64,000 nucleotides of DNA, taken from an uncultured delta proteobacterium (lineage in GTDB: Bacteria; Desulfobacterota; RBG-13-43-22). The translations under genes were made by a program, and so were the position numbers. This document shows positions 19,899 through 30,113 of the stretch, piece after piece. Location: positions 96,001-160,000 of the forward strand of contig CAVQFQ010000015.1 of the NCBI GenBank assembly GCA_963711835.1, written 5' to 3'. The notes beneath the pieces were generated by a model that was not told where the DNA came from, made no database searches, and worked only from the letters and a program-made list of their open reading frames with translations. Numbering within the stretch: the first letter of the stretch is position 1; every line of letters begins with the position of its first letter.

Positions 19899-20114
19899 GG
19901 GGACCGGGGGTCTCGATTTCAAGGCTTGTCCAAAGGGTGATCCTTCCCGCCAATCCGGCCCAGATTTCTATGTTGGTTTAGAGCCGGGCATTCACCCAAC
20001 CGAACAAACAGCTTTGGTGTAGGCCTATTTAAGGCATTATCGTCAACCTTCCAGCCCGGTTTCAAAGTGAGGCGTTTATGGTGGACAACCTTGAAATCGA
20101 GACCCCCGGTCCCC
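19899..20114. mobile_element. ~215-bp MITE-like/structured element, copy 2
   Basis: ggggaccgggggtctcgatttcaaggcttgtcca ... tggacaaccttgaaatcgagacccccggtcccc; outer IR 19852-19869/20146-20163. Confidence 0.7.
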
Positions 20115-20341
20115 TTCCATCGGGTATCAGAAATATAATGGTACCACTTTTGAACGATACAAATTTTTTACGGATAAAAAGAATAAATTAGGGGAATAGC
20201 AGAGTCAAGGAAGAATTTGGAGGCTAATCAGGAACGGCCTGCGGACTTTGGGTTATTGGATGATCCGGGTGTTTTTTGTTTCCATCGGCAGCAAAAAGGT
20301 TTATAATTAATTTTTATTATGCGCTTATGGAGGATTTAAAG

Positions 20342-21400
20342 ATGAAAACAAAAAAAATAGGTTGTGCCCTAATCGGTTTTTCTCTTTTCCTGGCCTGGGG
20401 AATACAGCCGTTGGAGGCCGGTACGTCGATAAAAAAATTGGGAACAGCCCCCTTTTTTAAGGCCAAAGCGCTCAAAGCGGACCAGGTGCTTCCGATCCTT
20501 ACCCGGTTAAAAAAGGATGTTAAACTGGGTTTTTCCCAGGCCGGAGCGGAGGCGCTTTATGAGCCTTTTATGAAACAGCTCCAGGCCCAAAAGCCGGAAA
20601 CGGTCAGCATCCAGCCCGGTCAGACGCTGCAGTGGATGATTTACAAGAAAAAAGGAAAGGTCCGGATCACCAGGGATCGGATCTGGGCCGGCAAAGCCCC
20701 CTTTGAGGCCTATCGGGTCGTGGTTCGACATAACGATCATGATTACGATTTTATCCTGCCTAAAATCTGTCTCAACATCACCTTAAAGGTAACCGAGGTA
20801 ACCAAGGTCCCGGCGCCCACCATGGCGCCCAAACCCTCCGAGGCCCCCAAGACCGTGGCCCCGACTCCGCCGTCTGTTTCCCAGGCCCCCCCGGTAAAAG
20901 AACCGGAGACAAAAACTCCAGCAGCCGCTGCCCCTTCTGCGGTTACACCTGTGCCGGACCGGGAACCTGAAAAACCGAAGGCGGAAGCTAAAAAGTGCTT
21001 TTTCGTCGGGGATATCGGGTTGATGGCCCGGATAGACCCGTCCTGGTTCGGACTGGCCCGGGCGGGATACAGGTACAAGTTTACCGATCAGTTGGCTTTA
21101 ACCGGCTTAGTGGGGGGCGCCTTCTTGCTCGACGGAGAGGACGACCACCCGGCCTTGCTGGCGGATCTTCTATTCACTTATTACCCGGTCTCAAAATTTT
21201 TCCTGGGGGCCGGAGTGGGGTTATGGTCATCCAGTCAGGATTCCAAAGCCGATCTGATCCTGGAAATCGGGCTCCCCTTAACAAATTCCTCTAAAGGCCC
21301 TAATTTTGAATTGTTCCTGGAAGGCCGTTCGGCTTTTGACCAGATGGGCGATTATGACAAGTACGGGCGGGCCGCCTTAGGATTGCGGATTCTTTTTTAA
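20342..21400 (+). CDS. Exported protein: basic N-domain, Pro/Ala linker, C-terminal outer-membrane beta-barrel
   Basis: Signal peptide to LEA; PAPTMAPKPSEAPK linker; alternating amphipathic strands ending ALGLRILF. Confidence 0.7.
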   Translation: MKTKKIGCALIGFSLFLAWGIQPLEAGTSIKKLGTAPFFKAKALKADQVLPILTRLKKDVKLGFSQAGAEALYEPFMKQLQAQKPETVSIQPGQTLQWMIYKKKGKVRITRDRIWAGKAPFEAYRVVVRHNDHDYDFILPKICLNITLKVTEVTKVPAPTMAPKPSEAPKTVAPTPPSVSQAPPVKEPETKTPAAAAPSAVTPVPDREPEKPKAEAKKCFFVGDIGLMARIDPSWFGLARAGYRYKFTDQLALTGLVGGAFLLDGEDDHPALLADLLFTYYPVSKFFLGAGVGLWSSSQDSKADLILEIGLPLTNSSKGPNFELFLEGRSAFDQMGDYDKYGRAALGLRILF

Positions 21401-21425
21401 TCCGCCTTTTCCCATTCCATTAGTC

Positions 21426-21465
21426 GAAAGGGCAAGGGGAGATGTTCCCCTTGCCCTTTCATTTT
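21426..21465. terminator. Rho-independent terminator between convergent genes
   Basis: gaaagggcaagggga-gatgt-tccccttgccctttc followed by ATTTT. Confidence 0.75.
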
Positions 21466-21500
21466 AGGGATCTTATCGGTTTGGCTTAGATAAGGTTTTT

Positions 21501-21734
21501 TTATTCAAAAGGGTTATAACCCGGTTTTTTATAGAGACGGTCCTGATGGTTCATGATATCCGGCCGGTAAACTTTCTCGGGCCAATCGCTTTTTTCAATT
21601 TCCTCAAAGGCCACAGTCACTAACTTTTCCTCACAGATGAGAATTTCCATGACGTCCTTGGTTATCTCTTCCGTCAGGCGTTTTTTCTGCTCTTCCGTTC
21701 TTCCGGGATAGAGTTTCACGATTACATGCGGCAT
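21501..21734 (-). CDS. 4-oxalocrotonate tautomerase family protein
   Basis: N-terminal Pro ([17 protein letters not shown]), C-terminal LYKKPGY. Confidence 0.9.
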   Translation of the reverse strand: MPHVIVKLYPGRTEEQKKRLTEEITKDVMEILICEEKLVTVAFEEIEKSDWPEKVYRPDIMNHQDRLYKKPGYNPFE

Positions 21735-21985
21735 TTCCTGGCCCTCCTTTCAATAATCGGGTTGCAATCAGGGACTCGTCCAATTCTAAAAACTTTATCC
21801 GGGATCGGGTGCCTTGTCAAATGATTCCATTGCCCATTCCTTTCTCGGGAAAGAGGAAATTGCCCGGGTTTAAAAGGTATTTGCAACTATAATAAAGGTA
21901 TGCTATAGCTTCAGAATTCCAACGCCCGAATAAAAAACAACTTTTTTGTAAAAACTTCATTGCGCCTCGCACCTTACGGGTTTAA

Positions 21986-22873
21986 TTGATGGAAATGATC
22001 CTGCAAATCGTCGTCAGCGGCCTGGCTACCGGCGGGATTTACGGCCTGATCGCCCTGGGCTTTGTGCTGATCTATAAAGCCACCAGCGTCCTGAATCTGG
22101 CCATGGGTGATTTCATGACCTTAGGGGCCTTCCTCTGTCTGACCGTTCTGACCCAATTTCAGGCCCCCTTCTATGTGGCTTTCCTGGTTACCCTGATTTG
22201 CGCCTTTGTCTTGGGGGTGGCCGTGGAACGGATCATCCTGAGGCCGCTGATCGGCGAGCCGGTTATTTCGGTGATCATGGTCACCATCGGTTTGGGTGTG
22301 ATGCTGCGAGGGATCATGTACATGGTCTGGACCCCCGTCTTTCGCAACTTTCCGCAGATATTCCCCCCCCAACCGCTCAACCTGGGCTTTGCGATCGTTC
22401 CCTCCGGTCTGCTCTGGGGGTTTATCTTTGCCATTATCGGGACCTTTGTCTTTCTGTTCATCTTTAAATTTTCCCGGACCGGGGTGGCCATGCGGGCTAC
22501 GGCCAACGACCAGCAGGCTGCTCAATCCATGGGCATCAACGTCCGCTGGGTCTTCGCCCTGGCCTGGAGTTTCGGCGCCATCGCTTCGGTGATCGGAGGG
22601 ATCGTCATCGGCAATATAACCGGCATCAGCGTCTACATGGGGGATATCGGGCTCAAGGTCCTGGCCGTCCTCATCTTGGGCGGATTGGACAGCATCGGAG
22701 GCGCCATCCTGGGCGGGTTTATCATCGGGGTCCTGGAAAATCTGGCCGGTTTCTATATCGATCCCTTAGTGGGAGGGGGAATAAAAAATGTCGCTCCCTT
22801 CTTTATCCTGGTCCTGATTCTTATTTTCCGACCTTATGGACTGTTCGGTAAGAAGCTGATTGAACGGGTTTAA
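21986..22873 (+). CDS. HAAT-family ABC transporter permease (LivH-like)
   Basis: GLATGGIYGLIALGFVLIY, GVAMRATA, RPYGLFG. Confidence 0.92.
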   Translation: MMEMILQIVVSGLATGGIYGLIALGFVLIYKATSVLNLAMGDFMTLGAFLCLTVLTQFQAPFYVAFLVTLICAFVLGVAVERIILRPLIGEPVISVIMVTIGLGVMLRGIMYMVWTPVFRNFPQIFPPQPLNLGFAIVPSGLLWGFIFAIIGTFVFLFIFKFSRTGVAMRATANDQQAAQSMGINVRWVFALAWSFGAIASVIGGIVIGNITGISVYMGDIGLKVLAVLILGGLDSIGGAILGGFIIGVLENLAGFYIDPLVGGGIKNVAPFFILVLILIFRPYGLFGKKLIERV

Positions 22874-22880
22874 AAAGGCG

Positions 22881-23027
22881 GATACTAGATGCTGGATACT
22901 GGATAAAAACAAAAACAATGCTTGATGAATACAAACAGCGGGGTCGGCAAATATTACTTTCCAACAGGGACGTGACTTATTGTAGTTATCCAGTATCCAG
23001 TATCGTTTTTCGCCTTTATCGAGTATC
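22881..23027. repeat. Heptamer-periodic inverted-repeat element (GATACTG unit), copy 1
   Basis: gatactagatgctggatactggata ... tatccagtatccagtatc..tatcgagtatc. Confidence 0.8.
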
Positions 23028-23039
23028 AGGGTCTTAAAA

Positions 23040-24083
23040 ATGCGCTGCGGTGACTTTAAACAAACCTATATTGAGGACGATGCCATCTTCCAGTCCTTTT
23101 TCGTCAAGGTCTTCCTGGCCCTCTTATTCGTTTTCCTCCTGGTCTTTCCTTTTATCGCCAATGCCTACCTGTTGTACATGGCCAACATGATCGGTTTTGC
23201 CGTTATCGGGGCCGTGGGGTTAAATCTACTTACCGGCTTTACCGGACAGATCTCTCTGGGGCACTCGGCCTTTATCGGGGTCGGTGCCTATACCTCGGCC
23301 ATATTGATCACCAAACTGGGCTTTTCCTTCTGGCTGTCGCTTCCCTTAGCCGGGCTGGTCTCAGCCCTGGCGGGACTGATCATCGGGCTTCCCTCACTAA
23401 GGGTCAAAGGGCTCTACCTGTGCATCGCCACCCTGGCCTCGCAGTTTATCCTTGAATTTATCTTCGTCCACTGGGAATCCATGACCAAAGGCATTACCGG
23501 CATCCATATACCCCCACCCCAGATCGGGAGTTATATCTTTTCTACGGAAAAAAAATTTTACTGGATCACTCTCTTCTTTAGTGTCCTGGCCGTAGCCTAT
23601 GCCCGGAACCTGGTGCGCTCCCGCATGGGCCGGGCCTTTGTGGCCATCCGGGATCGGGATTTATCGGCGGAAATCATAGGGATTAACCTGCTGCGATACA
23701 AATTGAGCGCTTTTGCCATCAGCTCCTTTTACGCAGGTGTGGCCGGCGCTCTCTGGGTCAGCTTCCTTAAGGTCGTGACGCCGGAACATTTTCCCTTCAT
23801 CCTGAGCATTCAGTTTCTGGCCATGGTTATTATCGGGGGTCTGGGAAGTATTCTGGGATCAATTTTTGGAGCGGTTTTTATGACCATCGTTCCGGAATTC
23901 CTGAGTTTCATCGCCGGGGTGGTAAAAATGCAGGCCCCGGGTTATGAAATGATCTTCATTCCGATGAAGGATGTGGTCTTCGGCGGGTTGATCATCGTCT
24001 TTCTGATTTTTGAACCCCATGGCCTGGCGGAACTCTGGAACCGATTCAAAAGCTTTTTTCGACTTTGGCCGTTTTCTTATTAG
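23040..24083 (+). CDS. HAAT-family ABC transporter permease (LivM-like)
   Basis: LNLLTGFTGQISLGH, GRAFVAIRD, FEPHGL. Confidence 0.92.
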   Translation: MRCGDFKQTYIEDDAIFQSFFVKVFLALLFVFLLVFPFIANAYLLYMANMIGFAVIGAVGLNLLTGFTGQISLGHSAFIGVGAYTSAILITKLGFSFWLSLPLAGLVSALAGLIIGLPSLRVKGLYLCIATLASQFILEFIFVHWESMTKGITGIHIPPPQIGSYIFSTEKKFYWITLFFSVLAVAYARNLVRSRMGRAFVAIRDRDLSAEIIGINLLRYKLSAFAISSFYAGVAGALWVSFLKVVTPEHFPFILSIQFLAMVIIGGLGSILGSIFGAVFMTIVPEFLSFIAGVVKMQAPGYEMIFIPMKDVVFGGLIIVFLIFEPHGLAELWNRFKSFFRLWPFSY

Positions 24084-24223
24084 GGATGACCGCCATTTCC
24101 CAATTCCCCCCACAGAGGGGGGGCGGGGTGGGGGTACGAAAGGGGGGATTCAAGGGATCCTGGTTTATCTGTCATTCTGAAGAGAACAACTATTATTAAT
24201 TAAATTAGGAGGGGGTATTTGTT

Positions 24224-25394
24224 ATGAAGAAAGCCTTAATAGTCGTCATGATGATGGTGATGTTCCTGGGCGTTTATCAAATCAGCCAGGCCCAGCAAAC
24301 CTACACCCTGGGGGCGGTCCATCCTTTCACCGGTCGGTTTGCCTTTGCCGGCATTCACGGACAGGATGCTATGAAGGATGCCGTTGACATGGCCAACGAG
24401 GCCGGGGGCATCAACGGCAAGAAACTGCAGTATTTCTGGAAGGACGGCGAATACAAGGATGACGTGGGCATTGCGGCCTTTAAAAGCCTCTATACCCAGT
24501 ACAAGCCCCAGATCATGTGGGGCCAGAGTACCGGTATGACCAAGGCCCTGGGGCCGGAAATCAAGGATCGCTACAAGGTACTCTACTCGGCCTACACCTT
24601 CACCGACGTAGCGGCCAACCCCAAAGAAAATCCCTATATGTTTATTCCCGGTCCGACTTATGCCGAACAATTCGCCGTGCTGCTCAATTACATCGCCAAA
24701 CAAAAACCCGGAGCCAACGTGGCCTTTTTTTACGGCGACTACGAATTCGGCCGGGAGCCCATACCCTTCGCCCGGGAGTACGCCAAGAAATTAGGTTTGA
24801 AAGTAGTGGCTGAGGAGGTGAGTCAAGGCGGGCGGGGTGGACGTGACCACCAATATCCTGAACATGAAACAGAAAAACGTGGAATTCTGTATTTTCCAGG
24901 GTTATATCGCTGATCCCATCCAGAACGTCATTAAACAGTCCAAGGATTACGGGTTGAAATGCCAGTTCATGGGCACCTTCTGGTCCACGGAGAAACAACT
25001 GCTCGACCTGCTGGGTCCCCTGGCCGATGAGTACATCGGGGTGACCGCCTATTCTTTCTACTATCAGGATCAGTATCCGATGATCAAAAAAATCCGGGAA
25101 TGGAATCAAAAGCACAACCCTAAACACGCGGAATTCCGCACCCAGGCCTATATGCAGGTCTTCATGGGCACTACCCTGATGATCGAGGCCCTCAAGCGGG
25201 CCGACAAGGCCGGCCCGGTGACCGGCGACAGCCTGGTCAAAGCCCTGCAGTCGATCAAAAATTTTGATGTGGGCGGATTGATGCCGCCGGTGACCATCAA
25301 AGGCAACAGCATCCCGGTGGGCCGGGTGGTCCGGGGGAATTCCAAGACCGGGAAGTTCGACCCGATTACGGACTGGATTAGTCTGGATTTGTAA
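24224..25394 (+). CDS. HAAT-family ABC substrate-binding protein, +1 indel at ~24821
   Basis: Signal peptide, NEAGGINGKKL; ORFs 24224-24913 and 24837-25394 join as AEEV-VKAGGVDVTT. Confidence 0.85.
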
Positions 25395-25398
25395 GAGT

Positions 25399-25485
25399 CG
25401 TAAGGCATAAGGCGTCAGGCGCAAGGCGTGGGGAAAGCTTTTCTTTGGTTTTCCTTGCGCCTTGCACCCTGCGCCTTCTTGCCCC
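25399..25485. repeat. Heptamer-periodic inverted-repeat element (AGGCGCA unit)
   Basis: aaggcat-aaggcgt-caggcgc-aaggcgt ... ccttgcg-ccttgca-ccctgcg-cctt. Confidence 0.8.
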
Positions 25486-25501
25486 GAACACTCAGATTTT
25501 T

Positions 25502-27425
25502 ATGACAAGTACGGCCATCCATATTAACACGCTCCCCGGCTTGCTGAAACGCAATGCCCGGGAATTCGGGTCATTGAAAGTGGCCCTGCGTGAAAAAGAG
25601 TTCGGGATCTGGCAGTCCGTCTCCTGGCAGGAGTACTACGATCGCATTCGTTATCTGGCCTTGGGCTTATTGGAATTGGGCTATGAGACCGGAGACAAGC
25701 TTTCGGTCATAGGCGACAACCGCCCCGAATGGCTTTACTCAGAGCTGGCCATCCAGGCCCTCGGCGGGGCCGTGGTCGGCATCTATCCCGACAGCCACCT
25801 GGAGCAGGTCCAGTACATCATCGACCAATCCGACTCGGTCTTTGTCATGGTCGAAGACCAGGAACAGACGGACAAGATCCTGAACATGATTGACGACATC
25901 CCCAAGATCAAAAAAGTTATCGTCGATGACCTGAAGGGGATGCGCAGTTACCAACATCCCCTGCTCATTCCCTTCAAACAGGTTATGGAGATGGGCCGGG
26001 AGGCGGACCAAAAGGATCCCCGGCTTTTTGATCAACTTCTGGATAGGGTCGGCCCGGAAGACGTGGCCATGATCCTCTATACCTCGGGGACGACCGGCAT
26101 GCCCAAAGGGGTCATGCTGACCCATCTGAATATGATTAAAATGATCGAAAATTTCGACCAGGTGGATCCGGCCTATCCCACCGACAACCACGTATCCTTC
26201 CTGCCCTTGCCCTGGGTGGGAGAACAGGCTACTGCGGTGGCCTGGAATCTCTATAAGGGTGTGACCATCAATTTCCCGGAAAAGGTGGAAACGGTTTCGC
26301 AGGACATCCGGGATATTGGGCCCAATCTCCTGCTGGCCCCTCCCCGCCACTGGGAAAAGATGTGTTCCGACATCCAGGTTAAAATACAGGATGCGACCTG
26401 GATCAAACGCTTCCTCTATAAAATCTGTATGCCGGTTGGCTACCGGATGGCCGAATTCCGCCTGAAAGGGAAATCCTCTGGGCCCCTTTATTCTTTGCTG
26501 GACAAGCTCTGTTACTTGCTCCTGTTCCGCTCGCTGAAGAATTACCTGGGCCTGACCAACTTACGGAATGTCTATACCGGCGGTGCTCCCATCGGGCCGG
26601 AGGTCTTTAATTTCTTTATGGCCCTGGGCATCAACATCAAGCAGCTTTACGGGCAAACCGAAGTCACCGGACTGGCCGTAGGCCATCGCAATGAAAGCGT
26701 CAAATTGAATACCGTCGGTTCGCCCATGCCGGAAGTGGAACTCAAGATCTCGGATGCCGGGGAGATCCTGATCAAGGGGCCGACGGTTTTCAAGGGCTAC
26801 TATAAAAATGAAGAGGCCACCCGGAAGACTATCGACTCCGAAGGCTGGGTACACACCGGCGATGAGGGGATCTTGGATGAGGACGGTCAGATTGATCATG
26901 ATCGACCGGCAGAAGGACGTCATGCGCCTGGGCGACGGCAGCAAGTTTTCCCCCCAGCTTATTGAGAACAAGCTGAAATTCAGCCCTTATATCAACGAAG
27001 CCATGGTGGTGGGCAAAGACCGTCCCTATATCGCGGCCATGATCATCATGGATATGGGCAATATGGGCAAATGGGCCGAAAACAACAAACTGACCTATAC
27101 GACCTTTACCGATCTCTCCCAGAAACCCGAGGTCTACGAACTGATCGCCGGGGAGATCCAGCAGATCAACCGTTCTCTGCCGAAAATAGCCCGGGTCAAG
27201 CGTTTTGTCATGATGTATAAAGAACTCGATGCTGATGATGATGAAATGACCCGAACCCGTAAGTTGCGCCGGGGATTCGTGGCCGAACGGTATGCCGTCC
27301 TTCTGGAGGCCCTCTACGGCGACCAGGAAGAATTGCCGGTGGAATCCGATATCCGCTATCAGGACGGGACCGGGTTCCGCATGAAGACCCGGGTTCGGAT
27401 TAAAGAGGTAAAAGACCAGGGATGA
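25502..27425 (+). CDS. Long-chain fatty acid-CoA ligase, +1 indel at ~26891
   Basis: YTSGTTGMPKG, YGQTE, GWVHTGDEG; shifted frame continues LIMIDRQKD...TRTRKLRR. Confidence 0.88.
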
Positions 27426-28246
27426 AGCCCACCGGAACCGTCTATAGCTCCGAGGAATATCAGTTGATCCTGGAAGATCTTTTCTTGACCTTTGGAGGGA
27501 TCAACGCCCTTTCCGGGGTCACCACCGGGGTGAAGCAGGGCGAGATCTTTGCCATTATCGGTCCCAATGGGGCCGGAAAGACCTGCCTGTTGAACTGTAT
27601 CAACCGTTTTTACCACCCGGAAGAAGGCCGGATCTTTTTTGAGGGCCGCGACATTACCCGGATCAAACCTCATAAAATAGCCGGGTTGGGCATCGCCCGG
27701 ACCTTTCAGAACGTGGAACTCTTCGGCCACATGACCGTTCTGGACAACATCAAATTGGGCCGCCATATCCATTTAAAATCAGGATTTCTCTCGGGAGGGA
27801 TTTATTACGGAAAAACCCGCCGGGAAGAATTGATCCTGCGCAAGGAAATCGAAGAGACGATCATTGATCTTTTGGAGATCGAGGCCATCCGGAAGCATAC
27901 CGTCCATACCCTGCCCTACGGACTTCAGAAACGGGTGGAACTGGCCCGGGCCCTGGCCATGAAGCCCAAACTCCTCTTACTGGACGAACCGGCCACCGGG
28001 ATGAACCTGGAGGAAACCGAGGATATGGCCCGCTTCATCCTGGATATCAATGAGGAATGGGGCGTGACCATCATCCTGATCGAACACGATATGGGCATGG
28101 TCATGGACATCAGCGACCGGATCTGCGTCCTGGATTTCGGCCGGAAAATCGCCGAAGGGAAGCCGGAGGAAGTCCGGCACAACCCGGAGGTCATCCAGGC
28201 CTATCTGGGAGAAGAGACCCTGGCCTATTCACGGCTGGGAGCATAA
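27422..28246 (+). CDS. ABC ATP-binding protein (LivG-like)
   Basis: GPNGAGKT, RTFQN, LPYGLQKRVELARAL, LLLDEP, IEHDM. Confidence 0.93.
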   Translation: MKPTGTVYSSEEYQLILEDLFLTFGGINALSGVTTGVKQGEIFAIIGPNGAGKTCLLNCINRFYHPEEGRIFFEGRDITRIKPHKIAGLGIARTFQNVELFGHMTVLDNIKLGRHIHLKSGFLSGGIYYGKTRREELILRKEIEETIIDLLEIEAIRKHTVHTLPYGLQKRVELARALAMKPKLLLLDEPATGMNLEETEDMARFILDINEEWGVTIILIEHDMGMVMDISDRICVLDFGRKIAEGKPEEVRHNPEVIQAYLGEETLAYSRLGA

Positions 28247-28247
28247 T

Positions 28248-28316
28248 TAGCTCATAGCTCACAGCTCATAGCAAAAAAGCCTTTCCTTTCAGCTATGAGC
28301 TATCAGCTAAGAGCTG
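28248..28316. repeat. Heptamer-periodic inverted-repeat element (AGCTCAT unit)
   Basis: agctcat-agctcac-agctcat-agc ... agctatg-agctatc-agctaag-agct. Confidence 0.8.
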
Positions 28317-28324
28317 GCGAAGCC

Positions 28325-29125
28325 ATGGAACCCTTATTAATCGTCAATAACATCGAAGTCATTTACCACAACGTCATCCTGGTGCTGAAGGGCATGTCCC
28401 TGCAGGTTGGGGAAGGGCAGATCGTCACCATCCTGGGCAGCAACGGGGCGGGGAAGACCACCACCCTCAAGGCCATTTCCGGCCTGCTCAAGTCGGAAGA
28501 CGGGGAAGTGACCGACGGCTCCATCACCTTCCGGGGCCAGCGAATTGACCGACTCTACCCGGAAAAGATCGTCCGATTGGGTATTTTCCAGGTCATGGAA
28601 GGCCGGCGGGTCTTCGTCGATCTGACGGTCGAGGAAAATCTGATTGCCGGAGGGCATACCAATAAAAATTCCAAGAAGATGAAGGAAGACCTGGAGATGG
28701 TCTATGCCTATTTCCCCCGTTTGAAACAACGGAAGGGCGTCCTGGCCGGTTATATCAGCGGTGGAGAGCAGCAGATGCTGGTCATCGGCCGCTGCCTGAT
28801 GGCCAGCCCCAAACTAATGCTCCTGGATGAACCTTCCATGGGTCTGGCCCCGCTCCTGGTGGCCGAGATCTTTGAAATCATCAGACGGATCAACCAGGAG
28901 CGGGGCGTGACCATCCTCCTGGTGGAGCAGAATGCCCGGTTGGCCCTCAATATCGCCCATCACGGCTATGTCATGGAAACCGGCCGGATCGTGCTGGATG
29001 ATACCGTGGACAAGCTCCGGGAAAATGCCGACATCAAGGAATTCTATCTAGGTCTGACCGATGTGGGCAAGAAAAGCTACCGGGACGTCAAACACTACAA
29101 ACGCCGTAAACGCTGGCTGGCTTAG
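28325..29125 (+). CDS. ABC ATP-binding protein (LivF-like)
   Basis: GSNGAGKTT, ISGGEQQML, LDEPSMGLAP, VEQNA; C-terminal YKRRKRWL. Confidence 0.93.
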   Translation: MEPLLIVNNIEVIYHNVILVLKGMSLQVGEGQIVTILGSNGAGKTTTLKAISGLLKSEDGEVTDGSITFRGQRIDRLYPEKIVRLGIFQVMEGRRVFVDLTVEENLIAGGHTNKNSKKMKEDLEMVYAYFPRLKQRKGVLAGYISGGEQQMLVIGRCLMASPKLMLLDEPSMGLAPLLVAEIFEIIRRINQERGVTILLVEQNARLALNIAHHGYVMETGRIVLDDTVDKLRENADIKEFYLGLTDVGKKSYRDVKHYKRRKRWLA

Positions 29126-29149
29126 CCCGATACCGGATACCGGAAAAAA

Positions 29150-30085
29150 TCACGTGTCAACGCTTTTGAATCTGTCGGCATTAAACAAAATTACCCTATT
29201 CCTCCCCCCTGTCTTGGCCTGATAGAGGGCCTGGTCTGCAGCGGCCACCAGAATATTGGCCTCTTTGATCCCGGGTGAAGGGTAGAAAGAAATCCCGAAG
29301 CTGGCCGTGACGTGAATTGAAGAATCGCCAATCAAAAAAGCGGTCGAGGCGATTTCATTTCTAAGACGATCACACACCAATAGGGCGGCTTCCACTTCGG
29401 TCTGCAACAAGACCAGGGCAAACTCCTCCCCTCCATACCTGGCCGCCAGGTCGCTTTCCCGAATCCTCTTCTTTAACATAAGGGCCATCTCTTTAAGAAT
29501 CATGTCCCCGGCCTGATGCCCATAGGTATCATTGACCTTTTTAAAAAAATCAAGATCCAGGATGATACAAGAAAGGATACCGCCGTACCGCCTTATCCGA
29601 TCCATTTCACGATTGAGGTATTCATGAAAGAAACGATGATTATAAAGATTGGTCAGTCCATCCCGATTGGCCAGGTCCTGAAGTTGAAGGTTTTTTTCCT
29701 GCAGGGCCTCATAGAGTTCTTTCATCCTCAGCTGGGTGTTGACCCGGGCCATCAGTTCTCCGGCATCAAAGGGCTTGGTGACATAATCGACCGCACCCAA
29801 TTCCAACCCCCTGACCTTATCAGCCGGCTCCGCTTTGGAGGTGAGCATAATCACCGGGATATCCCGGATGGAGTCCATATTTTTCAGACGCCGGCAGACT
29901 TCATAGCCGTCCAGACCGGGCAGGATGACATCCAGGAGGATTAAATCGGGATGATCCCGCAAGGCAATCTCCAGACCCAACTCTCCCGAATCAGCAGTCA
30001 TGACCTCATGCCCGTTGGTGAGCAGGATCCTTTTCCCGTATTCGGTGATTAAACGGCTGTCATCAATCAAAAGTATTTTGCTCAT
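29150..30085 (-). CDS. Response-regulator diguanylate cyclase (REC-GGDEF, WspR/PleD-like)
   Basis: REC with LIDD, LLDV and KPF; DGLTNLYN, GGEEF A-site, RESD I-site. Confidence 0.93.
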   Translation of the reverse strand: MSKILLIDDSRLITEYGKRILLTNGHEVMTADSGELGLEIALRDHPDLILLDVILPGLDGYEVCRRLKNMDSIRDIPVIMLTSKAEPADKVRGLELGAVDYVTKPFDAGELMARVNTQLRMKELYEALQEKNLQLQDLANRDGLTNLYNHRFFHEYLNREMDRIRRYGGILSCIILDLDFFKKVNDTYGHQAGDMILKEMALMLKKRIRESDLAARYGGEEFALVLLQTEVEAALLVCDRLRNEIASTAFLIGDSSIHVTASFGISFYPSPGIKEANILVAAADQALYQAKTGGRNRVILFNADRFKSVDT

Positions 30086-30113
30086 GACCTCACAACCCTC
30101 TGCCATAGCCGGC

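Noticed and set aside
18729-19922. Extended N-termini given by the ORF track (DUF362 at 19922, ligase at 25445, livF at 28295, CoA transferase at 62867)
   Set aside because: The extensions run through repeat elements; starts further in match family N-termini and in some cases a clear RBS
29150-30085. Hypr-type (cGAMP-producing) GGDEF
   Set aside because: The signature position is Asp (GHQAGD), as in canonical c-di-GMP cyclases
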